A stretch of 64,000 nucleotides of DNA from an uncultured bacterium (GCA_947084875.1 CAMTUF010000003.1:58644-122643); one strand, 5' to 3'; shown: positions 53,550 through 61,525, counted from the first letter of the stretch. The notes: generated by a model from the sequence alone, not told the origin. A program made the numbers and translations.

Positions 53550-54425
53550 ATGATCACCCTTAATGCATCAGTCCTTATGTCAGACGCAGATCACTTTAGT
53601 ACTGACCAACCAATTAACCCCTACTATGTTAGCGATCCCGTTGATCTGACTTTAGCAGTGAAAGAGCACCAGACAATATATGATCATCTCATAAAAGCAG
53701 GTATTAATGTTGTAAAAGTTGCATCACCAGTTGATAGCCAAGACGGCGTATATACAGCAAACTGGGCACTTGTTCGAGATGGTACAGCCGTCCTCGCTCG
53801 CCTCCCTAATGCACGTAAAGCCGAAGAAGCATACGCCGAGCAAGTACTGACAGACCTTGGACTTGAAGTTATCCACGTACCAAAAGGTCTCAAGTTCAGC
53901 GGACAAGGCGACGCGCTAGCCTGTGGTAACTACCTTTTTTGTGGGAGTACCTATCGTAGCGACGTGGCAGCACAAGCCTTTGCAGCCAAGACACTGGGCT
54001 ATGAGCGTATTCAACTACAAACAATCCCTCAACTCGATACATCTGGGCAACCAGTCACTAATACGTCGTCAGGCTGGGCAGATAGTTTCTTTTACGATAT
54101 TGATCTGGCTCTCGCGATAATCAAGCCGCCTATCGGTGCCGATCGCGGCGTCATTGCCTATTGTCCCGACGCGTTTGTGCCAGAAAGCCGTCAATTACTA
54201 GCCAACTTTGATGTCATCGACACAATCGAGGTATCACTGCCAGAGGCTCAAGAGGCCTTCGCCACAAATCTAGTCTCAACAGGTGAGACCGTCGTCATGA
54301 GTGCACGAGCGCCCAAGCTACGCCAAGCGTTAGAAGCACGCGGCTTGAAAGTCCTGACACCTGAGATTAGTGAACTCGCCAAAGGTGGCGGTTATATTCG
54401 CTGTACTACTTTGACGCTTTCTTAG
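53550..54425 (+). CDS. guanidino-group-modifying enzyme superfamily protein (amidinotransferase/DDAH-like)
   Basis: 291 aa with the C-terminal catalytic-Cys motif GGGYIRCTTLTL, typical of the amidinotransferase/DDAH/arginine deiminase fold. Confidence 0.5.
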   Translation: MITLNASVLMSDADHFSTDQPINPYYVSDPVDLTLAVKEHQTIYDHLIKAGINVVKVASPVDSQDGVYTANWALVRDGTAVLARLPNARKAEEAYAEQVLTDLGLEVIHVPKGLKFSGQGDALACGNYLFCGSTYRSDVAAQAFAAKTLGYERIQLQTIPQLDTSGQPVTNTSSGWADSFFYDIDLALAIIKPPIGADRGVIAYCPDAFVPESRQLLANFDVIDTIEVSLPEAQEAFATNLVSTGETVVMSARAPKLRQALEARGLKVLTPEISELAKGGGYIRCTTLTLS

Positions 54426-55728
54426 TTTTTTTCTGCAACTCTTTTAGGGCAGTCTTCGTAATCTCAACCTCGTTCCATGGATAGGTCCCATCTGCGCGCT
54501 CGATTGTTTTTTCATGACCTTTACCGAGTAGTACCACTGTATCATTAGGACTTTGTGCGCGAGTTAATGCAAAGCCAATCGCTTCCTCTCGGTCCAAGAT
54601 CAAGAATAAGTCCTTATCGATAACTTTGCCCGCTTGCTCTGCGCCATGTGCGATCTGCGTCAAGATGCCATGGCCATCAACATCACGATCGTCTTCCTCT
54701 GTCAGAATCACTTCGTCGCTAAAACGACCAGCAATTTCGCCTTGCACTGCCCGCTTCGTTTCATCGCGCCGACCTGCCGACCCAAATAGCGTGATCAATT
54801 TACCTTTGGTTGTTTTGCGCAGATCACCAAGCAGTCGCTCAAACGCGTCGGGGGTATGTGCAAAATCAACAATAACAGCGAACTTTTGACCCGCATTTAC
54901 TACCGTCATGCGTCCTTCAACACCTTTTAACGATTTAATACCATTTTCAATCTGCTGCTTATCAAGACCCATTTCACGACCAACAGCCACTGCAGCCAAG
55001 CTATTATAAACATTGAATTCACCTGGTATGTTACACGTAATGTTGTAAGAATCACTATCAATTGATGCCGTAAACTGGCTTCCGTCGGCACCTAGTTTTA
55101 CTTTTGTCGCACGTAGGTCTCCGTTCTTAATACCGTACGTTACTTGGTGTGGTACTGGGGCGGTAAACGAATCTGCGTTCGGATCGTCCGCATTCACAAT
55201 GCCAATTTTACGACCATGTTTTGCAGCAATCTTGAACAAACGTACTTTTGCCTCACGATACCGTTCAAATGTTCGATGATAGTCAAGATGCTCGTGAGTG
55301 AGGTTCGTCATCACTGCTATTTCATAGGGAACACCCCAAATACGATGTTGCGCTAATGCGTGGCTCGTTGTCTCCAACACTACCCAATCAACACCCTGGC
55401 GCTTAAAATCCCGCAGTCGTCTTTGCAGTAGCCCTGCTGATAGAGTCGTCATGTGTTGAATCTGTGGTTTGATATTATCATCAATCCCGTACGCAACCGT
55501 CGACATTAGACCTGTTTTTATGCCCGCCTGTGAAAGCATCTTTTGTATCATAAACGAGGTTGTCGTCTTGCCGTTCGTGCCTGTCACGCCAATAATATGC
55601 ATGTGTCGCGCGGGGAAACCGTACCTGACGTTCATTAGAAATGCTTCGACCAAGTGACCGAGTGGTTCAATTTCTCTGAACAAGCTTGTAGGAATCAGGG
55701 ATTTTACAATAGTGCGAATGCCAGCCAT
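54406..55728 (-). CDS. murE: Mur ligase, MurE-like (UDP-MurNAc-L-Ala-D-Glu:diamino acid ligase), short N-terminus
   Basis: GVTGTNGKTTT, ...TSHAL.QHR..G......MTNL..EHLDYH, DFAHTPD and GKGHE motifs. The P-loop is at residue ~48, not ~110, so the N-terminal domain is reduced. There is no DNPR motif. Confidence 0.7.
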   Translation of the reverse strand: MAGIRTIVKSLIPTSLFREIEPLGHLVEAFLMNVRYGFPARHMHIIGVTGTNGKTTTSFMIQKMLSQAGIKTGLMSTVAYGIDDNIKPQIQHMTTLSAGLLQRRLRDFKRQGVDWVVLETTSHALAQHRIWGVPYEIAVMTNLTHEHLDYHRTFERYREAKVRLFKIAAKHGRKIGIVNADDPNADSFTAPVPHQVTYGIKNGDLRATKVKLGADGSQFTASIDSDSYNITCNIPGEFNVYNSLAAVAVGREMGLDKQQIENGIKSLKGVEGRMTVVNAGQKFAVIVDFAHTPDAFERLLGDLRKTTKGKLITLFGSAGRRDETKRAVQGEIAGRFSDEVILTEEDDRDVDGHGILTQIAHGAEQAGKVIDKDLFLILDREEAIGFALTRAQSPNDTVVLLGKGHEKTIERADGTYPWNEVEITKTALKELQKKTKKASK

Positions 55729-55735
55729 AAGTTTT

Positions 55736-55741
55736 ATTATA
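55736..55741 (-). promoter_or_regulatory. putative -10 box (TATAAT) 7 nt upstream of murE ATG
   Basis: The hexamer abuts the start codon and there is no SD. Confidence 0.4.
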
Positions 55742-56044
55742 CCTTACCCTCCCCGTCTCCTTCCTCTCTTTTCCGCCGCAATAACGCTGCAAGGGATTAT
55801 CCTTTGTTAAGCGGAATCTCAGATTTTGCAGGTTTAGTCACTCTTTTACAGCGTAGTACTGTCCGCGAACGGGGGTCATATGGTACAATCATTGAAGTCG
55901 CAAGTTTAATAACAGAGCTTGAGATTGCCCGTTTCAACAATCCGAAGCTGCTTGCAGCTGTTTGTTGAAACGAGAGGAGACGTAACGGATGGTGACAGCT
56001 TTCACACTTGTTTGGAAGCGATAACCAGAAGTGAGCGTCGACGA

Positions 56045-56137
56045 GGAGGGGTACCCAAGTGGCTTAAGGGGATGGTTTGCTAAATCATTAGTCTGGAGAG
56101 ATCTGGAGCGGGAGTTCGAATCTCCCCTCCTCCGCCA
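56045..56137 (+). tRNA. tRNA-Ser (anticodon GCT)
   Basis: Hand-folded, 93 nt: acceptor GGAGGGG/CTCCTCC, anticodon arm ATGGT-TTGCTAA-ATCAT, a long variable arm, T-arm GGGAG-TTCGAAT-CTCCC, and an encoded CCA. Confidence 0.9.
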
Positions 56138-56142
56138 TAAAA

Positions 56143-56170
56143 AGAGTCGAGCATTTGCTCGGCTTTTTTT
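56143..56170. terminator. rho-independent terminator after tRNA-Ser(GCT), overlapping the folC stop
   Basis: AGTCGAGC-attt-GCTCGGCT followed by TTTTTTT. Confidence 0.65.
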
Positions 56171-57413
56171 ATATATGGCTCGCTGAGTTTTTGTAATTTT
56201 CGATCAAGTAGAATGACCCTGTAACCAAACCAACATCCGCATTGGACTCTTCCAGCATATCTAGTGCTTTCTGCTGATGTGGCTCTGTCAGTACTGTTTC
56301 AAAGCCCGCTTGCTTTGCGTAATCTGCAAGCTCATCCACGTTAAGCGATGACCGCACTTCATCCTGTGCATGGTCGAACTGCGTGATAATAATCGAGCTA
56401 CCAAGCTGACGAAGCAATCGAAGGCTTTCTAATACACTTGCCTGTTTGTTCTGTCCGAAGCTCACTAGTAATGCAATTGTTTGAGCGGGAAATTTTTCTC
56501 TCATTGCACTAACTAAAGCTTGTATCTTCTGCTCGTTGTGTGCACCGTCCATCACGAGTGTTTTGCCATGCCACGAAGTTACCTCCATACGACCAGGAAT
56601 GTATGTTTTCAAGCCTTCAGAAACAACGTGTTGGCTTACTGACCCTGCAACATGCGTGGCAACACCAAGCGCAAGACTGAAGTTGCGTCTTTGAAAGGCA
56701 GGCAGTTGTTCAAACTGTCCTTCGTCGCTGCCGTCAACCACATGAATAGTTGCCTTGTGTTGCAGCGCACTGTTTTGAACCACGCTCATCACTTCATCGC
56801 TTTGTGCGTGCAAGAAAACCTCGTTACCATCGTGAATAATGCCTGCTTTCTGGGCGGCGATTTCGGCTAATGTTTTACCCAGCACCTCGACGTGATCCAA
56901 TCCTATATCTGTAATGACACAAATCTTATCGGGCCGCGTGACGACATTGGTACCGTCCAACAGGCCGCCCAACCCTACCTCCACTACTGCGTAATCTACC
57001 TGTCGTTTATCAAATAACCAATACGAAAACGCGACAAGCAACTCAAAATGCGAAGGATGAAGACCACTCTTATCGACGAGATCAAGAAATGCGCTCAGTT
57101 CCTGACAGTACTCATCTTCAGGCAAGCCTTCCATGTTCACTTGAGCACGCTCATTCAGCTCGTTAATATGCGGTGAGATACTCAAACCTGTTGTATATCC
57201 TACAGCAGTTAACAAACTGGCAATGTAATATGCGGTTGAGGTCTTTCCTGAGGTTCCTGCCACATGTATAACCTTGAGACGATCTTGGGGACCTCCAAGA
57301 AAATGCATCAATTGCTTGATAGTCTCGAGTGTGTAAGGGCCCGTTGGTGATGCGTCAGGAATAAGTTCCTTTAGTGCTTCATGCGCCTCTGAAAAAGTCG
57401 TTAGTGTTCTCAT
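56169..57413 (-). CDS. folC: folylpolyglutamate synthase/dihydrofolate synthase
   Basis: Mur-ligase family with HVAGTSGKTST. 414 aa with a FolC-type layout. Confidence 0.75.
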   Translation of the reverse strand: MRTLTTFSEAHEALKELIPDASPTGPYTLETIKQLMHFLGGPQDRLKVIHVAGTSGKTSTAYYIASLLTAVGYTTGLSISPHINELNERAQVNMEGLPEDEYCQELSAFLDLVDKSGLHPSHFELLVAFSYWLFDKRQVDYAVVEVGLGGLLDGTNVVTRPDKICVITDIGLDHVEVLGKTLAEIAAQKAGIIHDGNEVFLHAQSDEVMSVVQNSALQHKATIHVVDGSDEGQFEQLPAFQRRNFSLALGVATHVAGSVSQHVVSEGLKTYIPGRMEVTSWHGKTLVMDGAHNEQKIQALVSAMREKFPAQTIALLVSFGQNKQASVLESLRLLRQLGSSIIITQFDHAQDEVRSSLNVDELADYAKQAGFETVLTEPHQQKALDMLEESNADVGLVTGSFYLIENYKNSASHI

Positions 57414-57420
57414 TGGTTCT

Positions 57421-57426
57421 ATTGTA
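57421..57426 (-). promoter_or_regulatory. putative -10 box (TACAAT) 7 nt upstream of folC ATG
   Basis: The hexamer abuts the start codon and there is no SD. Confidence 0.4.
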
Positions 57427-57459
57427 CCCTAGCGGGGTTCGCTGACATTGTGCTCATGC

Positions 57460-57465
57460 TATACT
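57460..57465 (+). promoter_or_regulatory. putative -10 box (TATACT) 6 nt upstream of ATG 57472
   Basis: The hexamer abuts the start codon. It lies back-to-back with the folC -10 in a 58-bp divergent gap. Confidence 0.4.
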
Positions 57466-57471
57466 ACAGGT

Positions 57472-58101
57472 ATGGAAGCGGAAGAAAAGAAGAACTATTG
57501 GCAGCAAGGCTCGGCTGAAGAGCCAAAGGACCCTGAAACACCTGAAGTTGAAGACGCTGAGGAACCTGAAGCGCCTCAAGACGCTCCAACCGAGGACGTC
57601 TCTGCCGAAGAAGAACAAGACGACGAACCAGCTATCGACGATAACCCTGTTTCGTGGACTGCGAGCGAATACATCCATGTCGAGAAGAACGCCTTATGGT
57701 ATGTTTTATTCCTCCTCGTGGTTGTGGGTTTGATCGCACTTGGCCTCTTTGTTCTTAAGTCGTATACCTTCGCTGCGCTTGTCCTTGTCATGTCGGTTGC
57801 ACTTGTCATTTATGGCTTGCGTCCACCACGCACGATTCAATACACTTTGAGTACACACCAGGGTTTGTACATCGGAGAAAAACTGTATAAGTTTGATGAC
57901 TTTAAGGCGTTTGGACTTATCCAAGACGGTGTGCATCATTCAATTATGTTACAGCCTACCAAGCGTTTCGCTCCAGGCGTGTCTGTTTATTTTCCAGAGG
58001 AAGCGGGTGAGGAAATTGTTGACATACTGGGCGCCCATCTGCCAATGAAGAAGTTTGAACTTGATTTAATTGATGTGCTTGTTCGTCAACTGCGACTCTA
58101 A
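57472..58101 (+). CDS. hypothetical membrane protein with acidic N-terminus
   Basis: Starts MEAEEKKNYWQQ... with two TM helices. No family recognised. Confidence 0.5.
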   Translation: MEAEEKKNYWQQGSAEEPKDPETPEVEDAEEPEAPQDAPTEDVSAEEEQDDEPAIDDNPVSWTASEYIHVEKNALWYVLFLLVVVGLIALGLFVLKSYTFAALVLVMSVALVIYGLRPPRTIQYTLSTHQGLYIGEKLYKFDDFKAFGLIQDGVHHSIMLQPTKRFAPGVSVYFPEEAGEEIVDILGAHLPMKKFELDLIDVLVRQLRL

Positions 58102-58180
58102 GCCCTACCCTATCTCTGATTATTTATGTTACAATAACCGATGTTCGCTTCATTTTTTGGGGGCGAAAGCACCTTCTAGT

Positions 58181-58186
58181 TACAAT
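58181..58186 (+). promoter_or_regulatory. putative -10 box (TACAAT) for the tRNA-Arg transcript (~120-nt leader)
   Basis: This is the only consensus -10 between the upstream CDS and the tRNA. Confidence 0.35.
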
Positions 58187-58231
58187 AAAAGCGTGTTCAA
58201 ATATGGCAACATATGAGAGCGCGCTTATATG

Positions 58232-58307
58232 GACTTGTAGTTCAGCCGCCCAGGCGAAGCCGTTTGATAATGATCAGCGTTCGCTCTATCCAGCTGGACT
58301 AAAAGTC
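58232..58307 (+). other. leader hairpin built from a direct and an inverted partial copy of the tRNA-Arg 5' region
   Basis: 58232-58246 pairs with 58293-58307 (15 bp, one mismatch). 58231-58246 matches the tRNA 5' end at 14 of 16 positions. 58281-58307 is the reverse complement of tRNA positions 2-28, with 4 differences. Confidence 0.55.
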
Positions 58308-58312
58308 AGTAT

Positions 58313-58389
58313 GGACTCGTAGCTCAGCTGGATAGAGCGTTGGCTTGCGGAGCCAAAGGTCGCAGGTTCGAATCTTGCCGAGTTCACCA
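58313..58389 (+). tRNA. tRNA-Arg (anticodon GCG)
   Basis: Hand-folded, 77 nt: acceptor GGACTCG/CGAGTTC, D-arm GCTC-AGCTGGATA-GAGC, anticodon arm TTGGC-TTGCGGA-GCCAA, T-arm GCAGG-TTCGAAT-CTTGC, and an encoded CCA. Confidence 0.9.
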
Positions 58390-58426
58390 AAGTTAAAACC
58401 CCACAGAAATGTGGGGTTTTAACTTT
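58390..58426 (+). terminator. rho-independent terminator after tRNA-Arg
   Basis: AAAGTTAAAACCCCAC-agaaat-GTGGGGTTTTAACTTT. Confidence 0.75.
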
Positions 58427-58494
58427 AGCAAGTTGTCCACATCCAAACCGTTCTTTCCCGAGTAAGGTATATTGAATATATTATCGTTTTATGC

Positions 58495-58500
58495 TATAAT
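58495..58500 (+). promoter_or_regulatory. putative -10 box (TATAAT) 7 nt upstream of ATG 58508
   Basis: The hexamer abuts the start codon and there is no SD. Confidence 0.4.
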
Positions 58501-58507
58501 AATACTA

Positions 58508-59062
58508 ATGAGTGCGTTTGAAATATCCCCTGAACACCGTCTCTTTGACAATGCGGCAAAGGTTGCTATTGAGCTTGCCGAACGAAGTGCACTGAACAAC
58601 GGCAAAGACATCCCTGTTGGCGCTGTTGCGCTCCACGGTGCGGCCCTTGTTGGGTCAGGATACGCGTCAGATGGTGCGTCGGGCCTCGACCACATGCACG
58701 CTGAGGTGGCAGCACTAGAACAGACAAGCGACAGCCAATTCCCTCCAACGATTATCGTATCGACCATGGAACCCTGTGAAGCATGCCAGGACGCAATCGC
58801 GGAGGTTGAAACAGTAACAACTGTTGCATACGTCACACCACGCAGCGAACTTTCTGACCGTGGACTCGTCATGGCACGTCGATCGATTAGTGAACGTGCG
58901 GCACGTTTTGAGTTCCCCTACAATGTCGTTCAACTCGATAACCCAATACTACGACAGCGCGCCCTTAAACCTCTGGATTATACAGTTCGAGACCTTGCAA
59001 CTGGCATAACAAAAGTGGACTCAGAAGGATTCCGAGCCCACATCGCACAACGTACTATCTAA
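58508..59062 (+). CDS. cytidine/deoxycytidylate deaminase-fold zinc protein
   Basis: HAEVAALE and PCEACQ zinc-binding motifs. 184 aa from ATG 58508. The substrate (tRNA, nucleotide or base) is not assignable. Confidence 0.55.
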   Translation: MSAFEISPEHRLFDNAAKVAIELAERSALNNGKDIPVGAVALHGAALVGSGYASDGASGLDHMHAEVAALEQTSDSQFPPTIIVSTMEPCEACQDAIAEVETVTTVAYVTPRSELSDRGLVMARRSISERAARFEFPYNVVQLDNPILRQRALKPLDYTVRDLATGITKVDSEGFRAHIAQRTI

Positions 59063-59064
59063 GT

Positions 59065-59847
59065 CTAAAGAGCTAGTGTGTACGTTAGGTTAGTAACTTT
59101 ATACGTCTTTGGAGCAAAGACGGTTGTTTCATACTGAAGCTTTAATTCTTTCGCGGTATCTTTTACTTCAAAGACCAAGTTACCTGTCGCCGATGCACCC
59201 TTCGCTAAACTCCCCCCTTGGAATTCGTCATCAATAGAAATGTACGCAGTAGAGTTTGCGACACCGTCAGCACTCAGTTTCAAGTCATAGCTACTCACAT
59301 TGACACTTTCGTCGCCAGGATTTGAAACTGTTACGTTCACTAGAACATATTTGTTACCACTAGCTGCTTGTGAATATGTGTCTGTCGGTTTGTAATTAGC
59401 ATTCACCGAATTCACCTTGACATCAAATGTACCAAAGCGAGCTGTTGTGCCCTTGCCAAAGTCTTTTTTGGCGTCAATCTGCGCCTGTGAAGCTGCATCT
59501 TGCGCGCTCAGCGTATCAGAGATTGTTTTGCTGGCATCAATTGCGGCACCCGTACCAACAGCAGCCAATGTGAATGCCAAAATCCAAAAAATAGTAAAGA
59601 TAATACTTGTCACCGCACCGATAGCACCTGTAATGATACCGACGATACCAAATGCTTTGTTAGCTGGTGATTTTTTAAGGGCGATAATACTCAAAACAAC
59701 AGCTGTTGCTCCGACTAAAAATCCCCAGATCGCAATCCATCCTGATAAGAATGCGACGATACCGACGATCATTCCTGCGATACCAATACCCGTTGCGGCT
59801 TGCGGTGTTACAGGTGTAGCCGCCTTTGTTGTTGTTTCCTCTGCCAT
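59065..59847 (-). CDS. membrane protein with DUF4190-like N-terminal TM region and DUF4352-like extracellular beta domain
   Basis: The TM segments resemble those of the neighbouring 107-aa protein. The C-terminal ...KYVLVNVTVSNPGDESVNVSSYDLKL...GNLVFEV pattern is typical of DUF4352. Confidence 0.5.
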   Translation of the reverse strand: MAEETTTKAATPVTPQAATGIGIAGMIVGIVAFLSGWIAIWGFLVGATAVVLSIIALKKSPANKAFGIVGIITGAIGAVTSIIFTIFWILAFTLAAVGTGAAIDASKTISDTLSAQDAASQAQIDAKKDFGKGTTARFGTFDVKVNSVNANYKPTDTYSQAASGNKYVLVNVTVSNPGDESVNVSSYDLKLSADGVANSTAYISIDDEFQGGSLAKGASATGNLVFEVKDTAKELKLQYETTVFAPKTYKVTNLTYTLAL

Positions 59848-59932
59848 AAAACCCCCTTGATTAGTAGTTTTACTATATGACGTTCTCCCGTTAGCGTCAA
59901 TTACAACATCAGCATCCTTTGGGCAGGCTATC

Positions 59933-59941
59933 TGTTAAAAT
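59933..59941 (+). promoter_or_regulatory. extended -10 (TGTTAAAAT) 9 nt upstream of tRNA-Ser(CGA)
   Basis: TGn plus TAAAAT. The predicted TSS is within a few nt of the mature 5' end. Confidence 0.4.
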
Positions 59942-59950
59942 GAGGTGCAC

Positions 59951-60038
59951 GGAGAGATGCAGGAGTGGTTGAACTGGCCGCTCTCGAAAAGCGGTGTGCC
60001 GCAAGGTACCCAGGGTTCGAATCCCTGTCTCTCCGCCA
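59951..60038 (+). tRNA. tRNA-Ser (anticodon CGA)
   Basis: Hand-folded, 88 nt: acceptor GGAGAGA/TCTCTCC, anticodon arm CCGCT-CTCGAAA-AGCGG, a long variable arm, T-arm CCAGG-GTTCGAATC-CCTG, and an encoded CCA. Confidence 0.9.
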
Positions 60039-60041
60039 TAT

Positions 60042-60067
60042 AAATAGCACCCAAACGGGTGCTATTT
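60042..60067. terminator. terminator-like hairpin between tRNA-Ser(CGA) and the convergent small membrane gene
   Basis: AAATAGCACCC-aaac-GGGTGCTATTT, with a weak T-run. Confidence 0.45.
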
Positions 60068-60084
60068 ACTGTTAAAACTCGCGT

Positions 60085-60408
60085 TTAGTTTCGGTAATCA
60101 AGCATTGGCATGTTGTCATAGTACGTAGGTCCGCTAGGCGCACCGACAGTGACGGCAACAATCGCAAAGAAAATCACGACCAAACCGATAAAGGCACCGA
60201 TCGATCCTGTTACCAATCCTGCAATCGCCAGTCCCTTACTGTCAGGTCGCTTCATTCCCAGGGCACCAAAGATAATGGCAATAGCGCCAAGCGGCAAACT
60301 AAACCATACAAACCATCCTGCAAGTAATGCGACAATTCCCGTAACGAGCGACGTTACTCCGTAGGCGACACCGCCTCCTGTCTTTTGAATTTTCACTTCT
60401 TGGGCCAT
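60085..60408 (-). CDS. small DUF4190-like membrane protein
   Basis: 107 aa with three TM helices. Paralogous to the N-terminus of the 59065..59847 product. Confidence 0.5.
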   Translation of the reverse strand: MAQEVKIQKTGGGVAYGVTSLVTGIVALLAGWFVWFSLPLGAIAIIFGALGMKRPDSKGLAIAGLVTGSIGAFIGLVVIFFAIVAVTVGAPSGPTYYDNMPMLDYRN

Positions 60409-60459
60409 ATATGATCCTTTCTTTTATGGTGAAATTATACCACGCACCCCCGATTGCGG

Positions 60460-60465
60460 TACAAT
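60460..60465 (+). promoter_or_regulatory. putative -10 box (TACAAT) 6 nt upstream of ATG 60472
   Basis: The hexamer abuts the start codon and there is no SD. Confidence 0.4.
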
Positions 60466-60471
60466 AGAAGC

Positions 60472-60879
60472 ATGAGTGAGCCATCAGTTTTTACAAAAAT
60501 CATCAACGGCGAAATCGAGCAACATATCCTTTACCAGGATGAGAAGTGCTTTGCAATTTTGACACACGAACCGATGACACCAGGCCATTTGCTGGTTATT
60601 CCGCGTGAAGAGATAGATGAACTATGGGACGTCGAGGATGAGCTCTATCAACACTTGATGATGGTGACTAAAAAGATGGCGCTAAAAATGCGCGAAGTAT
60701 ATGACTATAAAAGGATTGGGACGATCGTCGAAGGTTTTGGCGTCCCCCACGCCCACATTCACGTATTTGGACTCGACAAATCATTGAATGCAACCGTGAC
60801 AGATCATATCAGCAAAGAGAAAAAAATCCTTACCCCCGAAGAGCTTCAGACTGAAGCGCAAAAACTATACATTAACTAG
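60472..60879 (+). CDS. HIT (histidine triad) family protein
   Basis: Starts SVFTKIINGEI and carries the histidine triad HAHIHVF. Confidence 0.82.
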   Translation: MSEPSVFTKIINGEIEQHILYQDEKCFAILTHEPMTPGHLLVIPREEIDELWDVEDELYQHLMMVTKKMALKMREVYDYKRIGTIVEGFGVPHAHIHVFGLDKSLNATVTDHISKEKKILTPEELQTEAQKLYIN

Positions 60880-61399
60880 CATGCAAAAACTCTTCTAACT
60901 CAGTAATATCTGGTATAGCCTCATGAATACCTATGTTATCTAACGTATGGCCCAAACGGCGGCGAAATGCAGGCAAAATCACACCCCTTTCCCGAAGCGC
61001 ATCGCGTCTTCCATAATCCTGATACCCGTCGTGCGAAAAAAGTGTGGGTCGCTGCGAGCCAACTACCAGCACAGTCTTCTGGTGATCAACAAAGGGGCTG
61101 CCAGAGACCTCAAACCCTTCTTGAATGGCATGTCGGTGTTGAAGTGCAAAGCTGAGTGAGCGACCAATCAGATGCACCTGAAAGAATTCATGGTCTTGAT
61201 TTTCCTGACCTACTCGCCAGTACACTCGGGTCGCTTCCACTGTATCACTAAAGTGATCTGGGACAGGCACCACTAGGCCAGAGTCACTATCTCCGCCAGC
61301 AGTCTCAAAAAGCCTGCGGGCAATGTGGATCAGATCACTGGTTAGTCTTGGTCCTCGTAGCTCGTCGAGTTTTTGTGTGTAGTTACGTTCGACGCCCAT
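60872..61399 (-). CDS. hypothetical protein
   Basis: 175-aa ORF with native composition. No family recognised. Confidence 0.45.
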   Translation of the reverse strand: MGVERNYTQKLDELRGPRLTSDLIHIARRLFETAGGDSDSGLVVPVPDHFSDTVEATRVYWRVGQENQDHEFFQVHLIGRSLSFALQHRHAIQEGFEVSGSPFVDHQKTVLVVGSQRPTLFSHDGYQDYGRRDALRERGVILPAFRRRLGHTLDNIGIHEAIPDITELEEFLHAS

Positions 61400-61467
61400 A
61401 TGTATACTCGGCTTTACAATAGCATAATCATTATAGTCGTGTTAGTTGTTATAAATTAAACACAGAC

Positions 61468-61496
61468 TTGACAATAAATACAGCTTATGCTAAAGT
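61468..61496 (+). promoter_or_regulatory. sigma-70-type promoter (TTGACA-17 nt-TAAAGT)
   Basis: Consensus -35 with a 17-nt spacer, about 30 nt upstream of ATG 61526. Confidence 0.5.
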
Positions 61497-61525
61497 CGTA
61501 TATGTAAACCACTAAAAAATAAACA

